From: an uncultured Actinomycetes bacterium
GTDB lineage: Bacteria; Actinomycetota; Thermoleophilia; UBA2241
Direction: 5' to 3'
Length of the DNA: 64,000 bases
Assembly (NCBI GenBank): GCA_963767005.1
Contig: CAVYCN010000004.1
Location: 32,001 to 96,000 of the forward strand
Shown here: piece by piece, positions 55,573-64,000 of the stretch
Layout of the letters: each line of letters starts with the position of its first letter
Position numbering within the stretch: position 1 is the first letter of the stretch
Notes under the pieces: model-generated
What the model was told of the DNA's origin: nothing
What the model saw: only the letters and a program-made list of their open reading frames with translations
Database searches by the model: none
Made by a program: the position numbers and the translations under genes

Positions 55573-57771
55573 CTACTCCCGGGTCGGCCCGGGCGCCGCC
55601 GCGGCGCTCGCGACCGTCTCGGGCGACGCCTCGCCGGCGCCGACCGTCGGCCCACCCGCGACGACCGCCGCAGGCGCGAGCGCCCGTCCGCCCTGGTGTC
55701 CCGGCCACCAGACGCGATGGCCGAGCAGGGTGGCGACGCTGGGCACGAGCGTCGCGGCCATGACGAAGGCCACGAGCATGATGCCGACGGCGACGGCAAA
55801 GCCCATCTCGGCGAGCAGCGTGACGCCGGCGGTCAGCAGCGACGCGAACGTGCCGGCCAGGATGACGCCGGCCGAGGCCACCGTGGGGCCGCCGTGAGCG
55901 ACCGCCATCGCGGCGGCGTCGTGCGGGCTCGCGCCCTCGACGATCTCCTCGCGCAGACGGGTCGTCAGCAGGATGTTGTAGTCGGTGCCGACGGCGACCA
56001 CGAACAGGTACACGATCATCGGCATGGCGAACATGATGCCGGCGTCGCCCCCTATCCACTGGAAGACGATCACCGAGGCGCCGAGCGTGGCCGCGAAGCC
56101 GAGCGCCACGCCGGCCAGCAGGTAGAACGGGGCGACGAGACTGCGCAGCAGCACGGCGAGGATGAGCAGGATGAGCAGCGCCGCGACCGGATAGACCACG
56201 CGGTAGTCGCGGTTGGACGCCGCGCGCACGTCGGCGAAGCCCATGCTCTGCCCGCCGACGAGCGCCTGGTGGCCCTGCCCGGCGGCGGCGTGCGCCACGT
56301 CCTTCAGGCGCTCCACGACGGCGAGTGCCTGGTTGCTGAGCGGCGCGACCACAAGACTTGCGTCGAACGCCGCCGTGCGGCCGTCCTTGGTCGACCCCGC
56401 CGCGGTCACGGTCGCCACGCCGCCCACGCTCCTGAGCCGCGCGGCAAAGGCCGTCATCTCGCTTGCGGCCAGGGGGCGCGAGCCCGTCAGATAGACCTGG
56501 GTCGGGCTGAGGGCGCCGGCCGGGAAGGCGCTCTCGAGCAGCGTGGTCGCCCGCGCCGACTCGGTCTTCGAGGGGAGCTGCCCGCCGATGTCGTAGCTCG
56601 CGTGCATGAAGAACGCGCCGACGGCGAGCGCCACGAGGATGCCTCCCGACGCGAGCGCCATGCGCCCCGGCTGACGCGCGATCCGACCGGCGATCGCCTG
56701 CCAGATGCGGCTGGGCCGCGCCGTCCGCCAGTGCTTCGACGGCCAGAACACGTTCGGCCCGATCAGCGCGAGCAACGCGGGGATCAGGGTGAGCGCGGCC
56801 AGCAGCATGAGCGCGACAGAGGTGACGAAGGCCGGGGCCATCGTCTGGAACGATTTGAGGTCGGAGAGGCCGAGCGCGGCCATGGCGGCGATCACGACGA
56901 AGGCCGACGACGCAATGGCCACTCCCACGCGATGCACGGCGGTGCGCACCGCGACGCGCGATTCGTCGCCGGCGCGCAGGCGCTCCCGGTAGCGGAACAG
57001 CAGAAAGAGGATGTAGTCGGTGCCGATCCCGAACAGCACGACGACGAGCAGCGTGGTAAGCGAGGCGTCGACCTTGAAGCCGAAATACTTGGCGAGGTCG
57101 GCCAGGACCGACGTCGAGAGCGCGTAGACCAGGCCGATCGAGGCGACGGGCAGCGCTCCGGCGATCGGGCTGCGGAAGATCACGCCGAGCAACACGATGA
57201 TCAGGACGATGGTGACGATCGCCACGATCCTGGTCGCCGAGTCGAACGACTTCATCGTGTCGTAGGCCATGGCGACGGTGCCGGCCAGACCGGCCTTCAG
57301 GCCGCTGCCGGCGAGCAGACTCGTCGCCTTGGCGCGCAGCAGCGGCACGGCGTCCTGCAGGCTCTTGTCGGTGGGGGCACCCTTGAAGAGCACGGTCACG
57401 AGCTGCATCTTGCCGTTCGGCGCGATCATGCTGCGGCTCGTGACGACCCCCGCCACGTGGGCGATGTGCGCCTGGTTCAGGCCGAGCGTCAGGGCGCCGA
57501 CGCGGGCCAGGTCGGCGGTCGTCAGCCGGGCGCCGTCGGCGCGCCGCACCACGAAGACGCTCGTGGCGTCGGCGTTCTGCGGAAAGGCCCGGGTCGCCAG
57601 GTCCTGGGCCTTCATCGACTCATACGACTTGGGCAGGAAGCTGGTCTGGTCGGAGCTCGAGACGCTCGCCAGCGACGGCGAGAGCGCGACGATCGCGACG
57701 GCGGCGATCACCCAGGCGACGATCACCCACCACGGGCGGCGGGTCACGAGCTGACCAAGTCGAGGGAACAC
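55573..57771 (-). CDS. MMPL (RND-family) transporter
   Basis: GIGTDYILFLLFRYRE and AVGTDYNILLTTRLREE, two repeated halves; AGGAGG before GTG 57771. Confidence 0.94.
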   Translation of the reverse strand: MFPRLGQLVTRRPWWVIVAWVIAAVAIVALSPSLASVSSSDQTSFLPKSYESMKAQDLATRAFPQNADATSVFVVRRADGARLTTADLARVGALTLGLNQAHIAHVAGVVTSRSMIAPNGKMQLVTVLFKGAPTDKSLQDAVPLLRAKATSLLAGSGLKAGLAGTVAMAYDTMKSFDSATRIVAIVTIVLIIVLLGVIFRSPIAGALPVASIGLVYALSTSVLADLAKYFGFKVDASLTTLLVVVLFGIGTDYILFLLFRYRERLRAGDESRVAVRTAVHRVGVAIASSAFVVIAAMAALGLSDLKSFQTMAPAFVTSVALMLLAALTLIPALLALIGPNVFWPSKHWRTARPSRIWQAIAGRIARQPGRMALASGGILVALAVGAFFMHASYDIGGQLPSKTESARATTLLESAFPAGALSPTQVYLTGSRPLAASEMTAFAARLRSVGGVATVTAAGSTKDGRTAAFDASLVVAPLSNQALAVVERLKDVAHAAAGQGHQALVGGQSMGFADVRAASNRDYRVVYPVAALLILLILAVLLRSLVAPFYLLAGVALGFAATLGASVIVFQWIGGDAGIMFAMPMIVYLFVVAVGTDYNILLTTRLREEIVEGASPHDAAAMAVAHGGPTVASAGVILAGTFASLLTAGVTLLAEMGFAVAVGIMLVAFVMAATLVPSVATLLGHRVWWPGHQGGRALAPAAVVAGGPTVGAGEASPETVASAAAAPGPTRE

Positions 57772-57797
57772 GCTGCAGACCTCCTGGACGACGTCCA

Positions 57798-57850
57798 AAC
57801 AGAGACAGACGAATCTCGGAAAGATAAGACTCGTCCGTCTCTGTTGTCAA
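57798..57850 (-). promoter_or_regulatory. MMPL operon promoter with paired TetR-type operators
   Basis: TTGACA (57850-45), 18 nt, TATCTT (57826-21); 19-bp inverted arms 57798-816 and 57827-845 flanking the -10. Confidence 0.8.
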
Positions 57851-57882
57851 CCTATGCGGGCGCCGGTGCCCGGGCGATGGAC

Positions 57883-58755
57883 CTACCCGCCTCGCCCGCC
57901 TCGAGCTGTGGCCACCAGGTAGATCCTGTTGAACACGAGATCGACGAGGCCGTCGTCGGCGCGCTGGGTCGCGAACGACGAGCGCAGCAGGCGTCCGAAG
58001 AGCTCCGCATACCAGTCCGGCAGCGGCGCGGTGTAGTTGCCCGGGTCGAGGTAGCCGGCCGCGGCCCCGCTCTCGAACACCCGCACGACGTCGTCGGGCG
58101 CGCGGCGGGACCGGGTGACGTCGATCCGCGCAAGCTCGACGCGAAAGCCGGCCGCCGCGAAGAGCTCGGCGTACTGGTCCGCGCTCTCCAGAAAGAACCA
58201 CGGGCTGCGAAAGCCGGCGAAGACGGGTCCCGTCTGGGCATCGGCGGCGACGTCGTCGAGGGCGGTCAGGAAGTTCGGGCAGTAGCGAGCGCCCGCGGGG
58301 GCCTGGATCCCCATGCGGCCTCCGGAGCGCAGCGCCCGGCGGCAGGACTCGAGCGTCCGACGTGGGTCGGGGAGCCACTGGAACGCCGAGTTGCAGAAGA
58401 TCACGTCGAAGCGCGCCCGCTGTGGCAGCGTCTCCGCCGTGCCGACGCGGAAGCGCAGGTGTTTGCCACCGTGGCCGGCGGTCGCCTGGTCGATCATCCG
58501 CACCGACGGGTCGACCCCGAGGACCCGGCCGGCGGTCATCTGGCCGATCCGCTCGGTGAGGTGGCCGGTGCCGCAGCCGAGGTCCAGCACGTCGTCGTGA
58601 GGGCCGATCCGCAGAAGGTCGAGGAGTCGCTCGGACGCCGCCTTCTGGACGAGGGAGTCTCGCTCGTAGCGATCCGCGATGCCGTCGAAGCCGGACGGGC
58701 GCGGCGGCACGTGGGCCTCCGCCCCGCTCGCAGGCTGATCGCCGTTCGTGGCCAT
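57883..58755 (-). CDS. Class I SAM-dependent methyltransferase (Tam/BioC-like)
   Basis: VQKAASERL, VLDLGCGTG, GVDPS, FDVIFCNSAFQW, LRSGG. Confidence 0.9.
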   Translation of the reverse strand: MATNGDQPASGAEAHVPPRPSGFDGIADRYERDSLVQKAASERLLDLLRIGPHDDVLDLGCGTGHLTERIGQMTAGRVLGVDPSVRMIDQATAGHGGKHLRFRVGTAETLPQRARFDVIFCNSAFQWLPDPRRTLESCRRALRSGGRMGIQAPAGARYCPNFLTALDDVAADAQTGPVFAGFRSPWFFLESADQYAELFAAAGFRVELARIDVTRSRRAPDDVVRVFESGAAAGYLDPGNYTAPLPDWYAELFGRLLRSSFATQRADDGLVDLVFNRIYLVATARGGRGG

Positions 58756-59867
58756 CAGGGCTCACCCTCGCCGAGCGCCAGGCGCACGAGCCGGTCGAGC
58801 AGCTCGCCGAACGGGATCCCGGCCGCCGCCGCGGCCTTGGGCAGCAGGCTGTTGATCGTCATGCCGGGCAGCGTGTTGACCTCGAGCACGACCGGTCCGC
58901 GATCCTCCGTCACGATCATGTCGACGCGGGCGTAGCCGCGGCAGTCGAGAGCACGGAAGGCGCGGATGGCGAGCTCCTGGATGGCCGCGGCCTCCGGGTC
59001 GGGCAGCTCGGCCGGACAGATGTCGTCGGTGAGCGCGGGGTCATACTTGGCCAGGTAGTCGAAGAAGGCGGCCTTCGTGACGATCTCGACCACCGGCAGC
59101 GCCGTCGGCCGGCGGTCGCCGATCACGCCCACCGTGATCTCGCGCCCCTCGAGCAACTCCTCGACCAGGACGCGACTGTCGTAGGCGAAGGCCTCCCCGA
59201 GGGCCGGCCGGAGCTGCTCCGTCCTGTCCACGCGGCTCATGCCCACGCTCGAGCCCTGCCTCGAGGGCTTGACGAAGGCGGGCAGCCGGGCGGCGGCGCG
59301 GCCGAGCGTCTCGTCGTCGAGCTCGACGCGCTCGATGACGACGGCGCGCGGCACCTGGATGCCCTCCGCGGCGAGCACCTTGTTCGCCATCGTCTTGTCC
59401 ATGGCGAGCGCCGAGGCCAGCACGCCCGAGCCTACGTAGGGAATCCCCAGGATCTCGAGCATGCCCTGCAGCGTCCCGTCCTCGCCGTAGGGGCCGTGCA
59501 GCGCGATGAAGGCCACGTCGATGCGCGGCTTATTATCGACGATGCCCACGGCTTCGGTCGCCGGAGCGGCCGCCGTGGCGGCGCTCTGAATCTCCGCCTG
59601 GAAGGCGGCCGGCAGCTCGCGATCCCGCTCGCCGAGCTCCTCGGGCGCGCCGGAGTGCGCCAGCAGCGTCCGCGCCTTCGCGGCGAGATCGGGCGGCAGC
59701 TTCGGGTTGCCCGCCATCAGCGCGAGCGAGTCGAACAGGAGGACCTCGTAGCGGTCGGGGGGCAGATGGTCGGCGATCATGCGACCGGTAGCGAGCGAGA
59801 TCTCGCGCTCGGCCGAGGCACCGCCGAGCAGCACGCCGACCCGTATACGACGATCGGTGTCACCCAT
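58755..59867 (-). CDS. ddl: D-alanine--D-alanine ligase
   Basis: GGASAEREISL, ALHGPYGEDGTLQG, PYVGSG, MDK, KPSRQGSSVG, FFDYLAKY, RVD, LEVNTLPG. Confidence 0.95.
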   Translation of the reverse strand: MGDTDRRIRVGVLLGGASAEREISLATGRMIADHLPPDRYEVLLFDSLALMAGNPKLPPDLAAKARTLLAHSGAPEELGERDRELPAAFQAEIQSAATAAAPATEAVGIVDNKPRIDVAFIALHGPYGEDGTLQGMLEILGIPYVGSGVLASALAMDKTMANKVLAAEGIQVPRAVVIERVELDDETLGRAAARLPAFVKPSRQGSSVGMSRVDRTEQLRPALGEAFAYDSRVLVEELLEGREITVGVIGDRRPTALPVVEIVTKAAFFDYLAKYDPALTDDICPAELPDPEAAAIQELAIRAFRALDCRGYARVDMIVTEDRGPVVLEVNTLPGMTINSLLPKAAAAAGIPFGELLDRLVRLALGEGEP

Positions 59868-60015
59868 ATCAGCCTCCCTGTCGCCGCCCCGGATACGGCC
59901 GGCGACTCCCTTCCTGCGGGGCCGCTGTCACACTTGGGACCCCAGCCGTTCGCGGAGCTTTCAGGCAGACGGCGATCCGCCGGTCGCGGCCCTGGGCGGC
60001 GGCGCTGGCGACGAC

Positions 60016-60090
60016 TGGTGGGCGATGCTGGATTTGAACCAGCGACTCCCTGCTTGTAAGGCAGGTGCTCTACCCCTGAGCTAATCGCCC
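60016..60090 (-). tRNA. tRNA-Val(TAC)
   Basis: GGGCGATTAGCTCAGGGGTAGAGCACCTGCCTTACAAGCAGGGAGTCGCTGGTTCAAATCCAGCATCGCCCACCA; 75 nt; TATAAT at 60114-60109. Confidence 0.97.
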
Positions 60091-60137
60091 CCCGATGCGG
60101 CAACGCGGATTATACAGACCGTGGGTAGACTACCGGC

Positions 60138-60992
60138 GTGGACCGGACCGCGAGACCGACGACGGGCGCCGCCGAGAGCGGCGACGCGGCGCTGGCCGTG
60201 GGGCCGGACCGACCTGCCACGGCGGCGCCGGCGAGTAAGCTGGCCGTCGAGCACCTGACGTACGCGGTCGCCACGGGCGGCGAGCGTCACGTCATCCTGG
60301 ACGATGTCTCGCTCGCCGTGCCGGCCGGCCGGTTCTTCACCATCCTCGGGCCGTCCGGCAGCGGCAAGAGCACGCTGCTGCGCTGCGTCAACCGCCTGAT
60401 CGAGCCCGGCGCGGGCGCCGTCCTGCTCGACGGCGAGCTGGTGTCGGGCCTGCCGGTGCAGACGCTGCGGCGGCGCGTCGGCATGGTGTTCCAGACGGCC
60501 GCGCTGTTCGAGGGCACTGTGCTCGACAACGTGCTCTACGGCCCGCGCCTGCGCCGCGAGCAGCTCGACGGGAGCCTCGCCGACGAGCTGCTCGAACGCG
60601 TCGGCCTGCCGCGCACCTTCGCGGCCAAGCCGGTCGGCGAGCTGTCGGGCGGCGAGGCGCAGCGCGTCTCGCTGGCGCGCGCCCTCGCCAACCGCCCCGA
60701 GGTGCTGCTCCTCGACGAGCCGACCGCCTCGCTCGACCCGACGGCGAGCGCCCAGGTCGAGCGCCTGCTCGTGACGCTCGCCGCCGAGACCGACCTCACC
60801 TGTCTGTTCGTCACCCACGACCTCGACCAGGCGCGCCGCGTCGGCGACCGCGGGCTCCTGCTGGTCGACGGCCGCGTCATCGAGGAGGGCCCCCTCGCCG
60901 AGATGCTCGCCGACCCCGGCACCGACATCATGCGCCTGTTCATCGAGGGGCGTCTGACCGGCGAAGGCGGGACCCAGGGAAGCACGCCGTGA
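60138..60992 (+). CDS. ABC ATP-binding protein (FetA/YbbL-like)
   Basis: GPSGSGKST, LSGGEAQR, LLLDEPT, VTH; coupled to FetB-like permease. Confidence 0.9.
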   Translation: MDRTARPTTGAAESGDAALAVGPDRPATAAPASKLAVEHLTYAVATGGERHVILDDVSLAVPAGRFFTILGPSGSGKSTLLRCVNRLIEPGAGAVLLDGELVSGLPVQTLRRRVGMVFQTAALFEGTVLDNVLYGPRLRREQLDGSLADELLERVGLPRTFAAKPVGELSGGEAQRVSLARALANRPEVLLLDEPTASLDPTASAQVERLLVTLAAETDLTCLFVTHDLDQARRVGDRGLLLVDGRVIEEGPLAEMLADPGTDIMRLFIEGRLTGEGGTQGSTP

Positions 60993-61804
60993 GCGCCCTG
61001 GCGGCGGTCGCCGGCTCACACTTCAGCTTCACCAACGTGGCGGTGGCCGTCGTCATGGTGGCCGTCGCGGTCGGTCTGTCGCGCTGGCGGCGACTCGACC
61101 TCGAGCGCGACATCGTGCTCGCCGCGATCCGCGCTTTCGTGCAGCTCATGGCGATCGGCTACGTGATCGACCTCATCTTCCGCTCGCGCAGCACGGTCGC
61201 CGTGGTCGCCATGCTGGCCGCCATGGTCGGCTTCGCGGCCTTCACGTCGGGGCAGCGCTTTCGTGGCCTGCCGCGCCGCTTCGGCATCGCCCTGGCCGCG
61301 ATCGGCCTGTCGTCGCTCGCCACGCTCGGCCTCATGGTCGCGCTCGGCATCATCTCGCGCGACGCGCGCTACCTGATCCCGATCGGCGGCATGGTGGTGG
61401 GTAACTCGATGAACGTCGCCTCGGTCACCGGCGTGCGACTGATCGAGGACACGCGGGCGCAGCGCGCCGTGGTCGAAGCTGCCCTCGCCCTCGGGGCGAG
61501 CCCGCGCCAGGCGGCTCACACGGTCCTGCGTCGCGCCGTGCGACTCGCGCTCATCCCCACGATCGACAGCACCAAGACGATGGGCATCGTCTTCCTGCCC
61601 GGCGCCATGACCGGCATGATCATCGCCGGCGCGGACCCGCTCGACGCCGTGCGCCTGCAGGTCGTGATCATGTACATGCTGCTGACCGCGGTGGCTGTGA
61701 CGGCCGTCACCGTGGGGTTGCTCGTGGTGGGCTCGCTGTTCACGGCCGAGCAGCAGGTGCGCCGCGTGGGCGAGGCCGCCGCGGCGAGCGACCGTCCGGC
61801 CTAG
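60989..61804 (+). CDS. fetB: FetB/UPF0014-family ABC permease
   Basis: RAFVQL, RYLIPIGGMVVGNSM, VEAALALGA, ALIPTID..KTMGIVFLPGAMTG. Confidence 0.88.
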   Translation: MSALAAVAGSHFSFTNVAVAVVMVAVAVGLSRWRRLDLERDIVLAAIRAFVQLMAIGYVIDLIFRSRSTVAVVAMLAAMVGFAAFTSGQRFRGLPRRFGIALAAIGLSSLATLGLMVALGIISRDARYLIPIGGMVVGNSMNVASVTGVRLIEDTRAQRAVVEAALALGASPRQAAHTVLRRAVRLALIPTIDSTKTMGIVFLPGAMTGMIIAGADPLDAVRLQVVIMYMLLTAVAVTAVTVGLLVVGSLFTAEQQVRRVGEAAAASDRPA

Positions 61805-63063
61805 CGGCTGGCGATCGTGTCGACGGCGACCTGCCAGGAGGAGCCGTCCCAGTGCACGATGAGCGGCGTGCTCGACGTGCCGGCGCCGGTCGTGCCGGCG
61901 ATCCACACGTCGGTGGGCGACTGCGCCGCGACTGCGCCGAGCTGCACGTGCAAGAGAGCGGCGATGCCCATGTCCTGGGCCGCCACCGGGCGCCAGGTGG
62001 TGCCGTCGTAGCGGGCGACGCCGGCGACCGCGGCGAGCCACACGCACGCCGGCGTCGGCGTCGCCAGCGTCTCGCGCACCCCGCTGAACGTCTGCGACAC
62101 GTCGAGCCACTGCGTGCCGTCGTAGTGCTGCAGGAGGGCGTCGCCGGCGGCCCAGACGTCGCCGGAGGACGTCACCGCCACCGTGAGGAGACCGCCGTCG
62201 CTCACGCCGGCGTCGGCGACCTGCGACCAGGCCGCACCGTCGTATCTCATCGCTAGGACGTGGCTGCCGTCGGCGGCAACGCCGACCGCCCAGAGGCCGG
62301 TGGGGGTGCCGGCGATCGCGTTCAGTGCGCCGCCGCCGGGGGTGGCGGGCAGGACGGCCGTGCGCCAGCCGGCGCCGTTCCAGTGGGTCGCGTAGGGGAC
62401 GCCGTGGGAGCTGCCCACCGCCCACACGTCGTTGGCCGCAAGGACAGTCAGGCCGCGCAGCACGGCGCCCTCGTCGTGCGCCGCGGTGAGCGCCGTCGTC
62501 CACTGCGCGCCGTCCCAGTGCACGACGCCGCCCGACGGGCCGAGGGCCCAGGCCTCGCCGTCGGCGGCCACGCCGACGGCCGTGAGCGGACCGACGTCGG
62601 GCACCGGCGTCTCACGCCACGCCGTGCCGTCGTAGTGCAGGGCGAAGGAATGTGCGGTGCTGCCGCCGGCGGCGTCGCCGCGGGCGCCGACCGACCAGAC
62701 GTCGATCGGCGAGAGCTCGGCGATCGCCGCGAGGCTGTAGCCGACGTGTGCGGCGCCGGGCGAGGGCGACGACAGACCGGGCACCAGCGGCTCGACGTAG
62801 GCGGGGGCGCCGCCGCCCGGTCCGGCGAGCACCGCGTTCGGCGACGCGGTGCCCTGGGGCCGTTGGTTGACCGCCAGCAGGCCCACGGTGAGAGCGCCGA
62901 CGCCGACGGCCAGGGCCGCCGCCAGGGCGAACGCGCGGCGCGGCGCGAGCGCGCGGCGCGGACGGCGCGCGCCGGCGCCAGTGCGTGCCGGCGCCGCTTC
63001 GGCGGCGCAGCGCTGCAGCTGAGCGCGCAGGCCGCTCAGGTAGTCGTCGAAGCCGCCGCTCAT
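61801..63063 (-). CDS. Putative membrane anti-sigma factor with extracellular repeat (beta-propeller-like) domain
   Basis: Short cytoplasmic N-terminus, one TM, seven (H/R)(Y/W)(D/N)GxxW repeats; ATGA overlap with sigma gene. Confidence 0.7.
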   Translation of the reverse strand: MSGGFDDYLSGLRAQLQRCAAEAAPARTGAGARRPRRALAPRRAFALAAALAVGVGALTVGLLAVNQRPQGTASPNAVLAGPGGGAPAYVEPLVPGLSSPSPGAAHVGYSLAAIAELSPIDVWSVGARGDAAGGSTAHSFALHYDGTAWRETPVPDVGPLTAVGVAADGEAWALGPSGGVVHWDGAQWTTALTAAHDEGAVLRGLTVLAANDVWAVGSSHGVPYATHWNGAGWRTAVLPATPGGGALNAIAGTPTGLWAVGVAADGSHVLAMRYDGAAWSQVADAGVSDGGLLTVAVTSSGDVWAAGDALLQHYDGTQWLDVSQTFSGVRETLATPTPACVWLAAVAGVARYDGTTWRPVAAQDMGIAALLHVQLGAVAAQSPTDVWIAGTTGAGTSSTPLIVHWDGSSWQVAVDTIASR

Positions 63064-63728
63064 CGCCGTTCCGCCTCGTCGTGGCCGTGATCGCGGTCGT
63101 CGTCGGACTCGTCGCGCAGGGCGGCGAGGTCGCGCGCCAGGCGCTTGAGCCCGCGGCTCACGCGCTGCCGCATGAGGTCCTCGCTGCAGCCGGCGAGGCG
63201 CGCCGCCTCGGGGTACGAGAGGCCGTCGACCACGCGCAGCACGACCGCCTGGCGGATGTCGCCCTTGAGGGCGTTCAGGGCGCCGGCCACCACGTCACGC
63301 ACCTGCTCGAGGTCGAGGAGCTCCTCGGCCCGCTCGAGAGCCTCCGCCGGCACCTCGAGCCGCTCCATACCGAGGCGTTCCCGCCACTGCGTCTCGACGC
63401 GGCGTCGCCGGATGTAGCGGGTGAGCTGGCGCCGCGCGATCGTATAGAGCCAGGCCGTGGCCGCTCCCGGGCCGGGGTTGCGAAAGCGGGCGCGCCCGGC
63501 GAAGGCCTGCGCGAAGGTCTCGGCCGTCAGGTCGGCCGCCACCTGCGAGTCGTAGGTGCGCCGCGCGAAGAACGCGAGCAGCCCGGCCGCATGGCGGTCG
63601 TAGAAGGTGACGAACTGCTCCGGACATGAGGCCGATCCCTCCAGGAGCTCCTCGTCGCTGCGCAGCGCCAGGCTCGCAACGTTGCCGTCCCTGAGTGGGC
63701 TTCTGTCCAGTAAGTGCACGACGTTCAT
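63060..63728 (-). CDS. ECF RNA polymerase sigma-70 factor
   Basis: SDEELL, FYDRH, AADLTAETF, AWLYTIAR, RQAVVLRVVDGLSYPEAA...RQRVSRGL; start uncertain. Confidence 0.9.
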   Translation of the reverse strand: MNVVHLLDRSPLRDGNVASLALRSDEELLEGSASCPEQFVTFYDRHAAGLLAFFARRTYDSQVAADLTAETFAQAFAGRARFRNPGPGAATAWLYTIARRQLTRYIRRRRVETQWRERLGMERLEVPAEALERAEELLDLEQVRDVVAGALNALKGDIRQAVVLRVVDGLSYPEAARLAGCSEDLMRQRVSRGLKRLARDLAALRDESDDDRDHGHDEAERR

Positions 63729-63908
63729 CGCCTGTGACAGTCCTTGCGCCGCGCTTCCTCGATCCATCAGGAAAGCATCGGCGGACCGGGGCCCACGCTG
63801 AAGGGCCGGCGGTCGGCGGCGGCGGCGGCGCTCAGGCGCGTGGGCGCGAGGAGATGCGGAGGGCGGGCGCGGTGACCGGAGGGGTGCGGAGGACGGGCGC
63901 GGCGGCGC

Positions 63909-64000
63909 CTACTTGGCCGCCTGGAGCGCCTTGAGCGTCGCCGAGAGGGCCTTGATCTGTGTCCCGTACCCCGAGAAATCGCCCGCCTTGAGCGCCGCCT
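63909..64000 (-). CDS. C-terminus of probable UPF0182-family membrane protein (truncated by window edge)
   Basis: ...AALKAGDFSGYGTQIKALSATLKALQAAK* resembles the UPF0182 terminal helix pair. Confidence 0.6.
   Translation of the reverse strand, partial: AALKAGDFSGYGTQIKALSATLKALQAAK

Noticed and set aside
59870-60015. Riboswitch or SRP-like RNA upstream of ddl (contains GCAGGAAGGGAG)
   Set aside because: Lacks the full SRP or c-di-AMP consensus by eye; an Rfam/Infernal search would be needed.
52514-60090. Segment between tRNA-Asp and tRNA-Val as an integrated island
   Set aside because: No integrase, no duplicated tRNA 3' end noticed, no obvious compositional shift.
63855-63902. 18-bp near-direct repeat tgcggagg(g/a)cgggcgcgg at 30-bp spacing
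   Set aside because: Only two copies in low-complexity GC-rich intergenic DNA.
1-64000. Many long alternative-frame and antisense ORFs (e.g. 54958-58935, 39895-43302, 16484-19384)
   Set aside because: Arg/Ala/Gly/Pro-rich shadows of real genes, expected at this GC content; no family motifs.

Overview
Very GC-rich bacterial chromosomal window. Gene content and promoter style suggest an anaerobic or facultative Actinomycetota (Thermoleophilia-like); this is inference, not a taxonomic result. It carries two different heterodisulfide-reductase (Hdr) clusters. The first is non-canonical (1-5021: MvhD, split ferredoxin, HdrA-MvhD fusion, compacted HdrC-HdrB fusion, second HdrC) and runs off the left edge. 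The second is a complete hdrCBA-flxDCBA operon (45137-52333) with a sigma70-type promoter, a candidate Rex operator and a doubly coupled 20-codon mini-ORF inside it. Other content: nadA, a Zn-ADH, a LolA-like/ABC operon, capA-lgt, a pseudo-HAD-GH65/USP pair, htrA divergent from a two-component system with mirror-image 11-bp-period boxes, a Cys-less desulfurase-like/homoserine dehydrogenase pair, fprA, an acyl-CoA ligase, an ArgE x2/SDR/DMT/TIGR00300 cluster followed by a 23-aa membrane peptide ORF, tRNA-Asp, tRNA-Val, MMPL-TetR-CsaA, ddl-methyltransferase, a FetAB-like transporter and an ECF sigma/anti-sigma pair. No CRISPR array, integrase, transposase or rRNA was seen. All calls come from motifs read by eye; no database searches were run.
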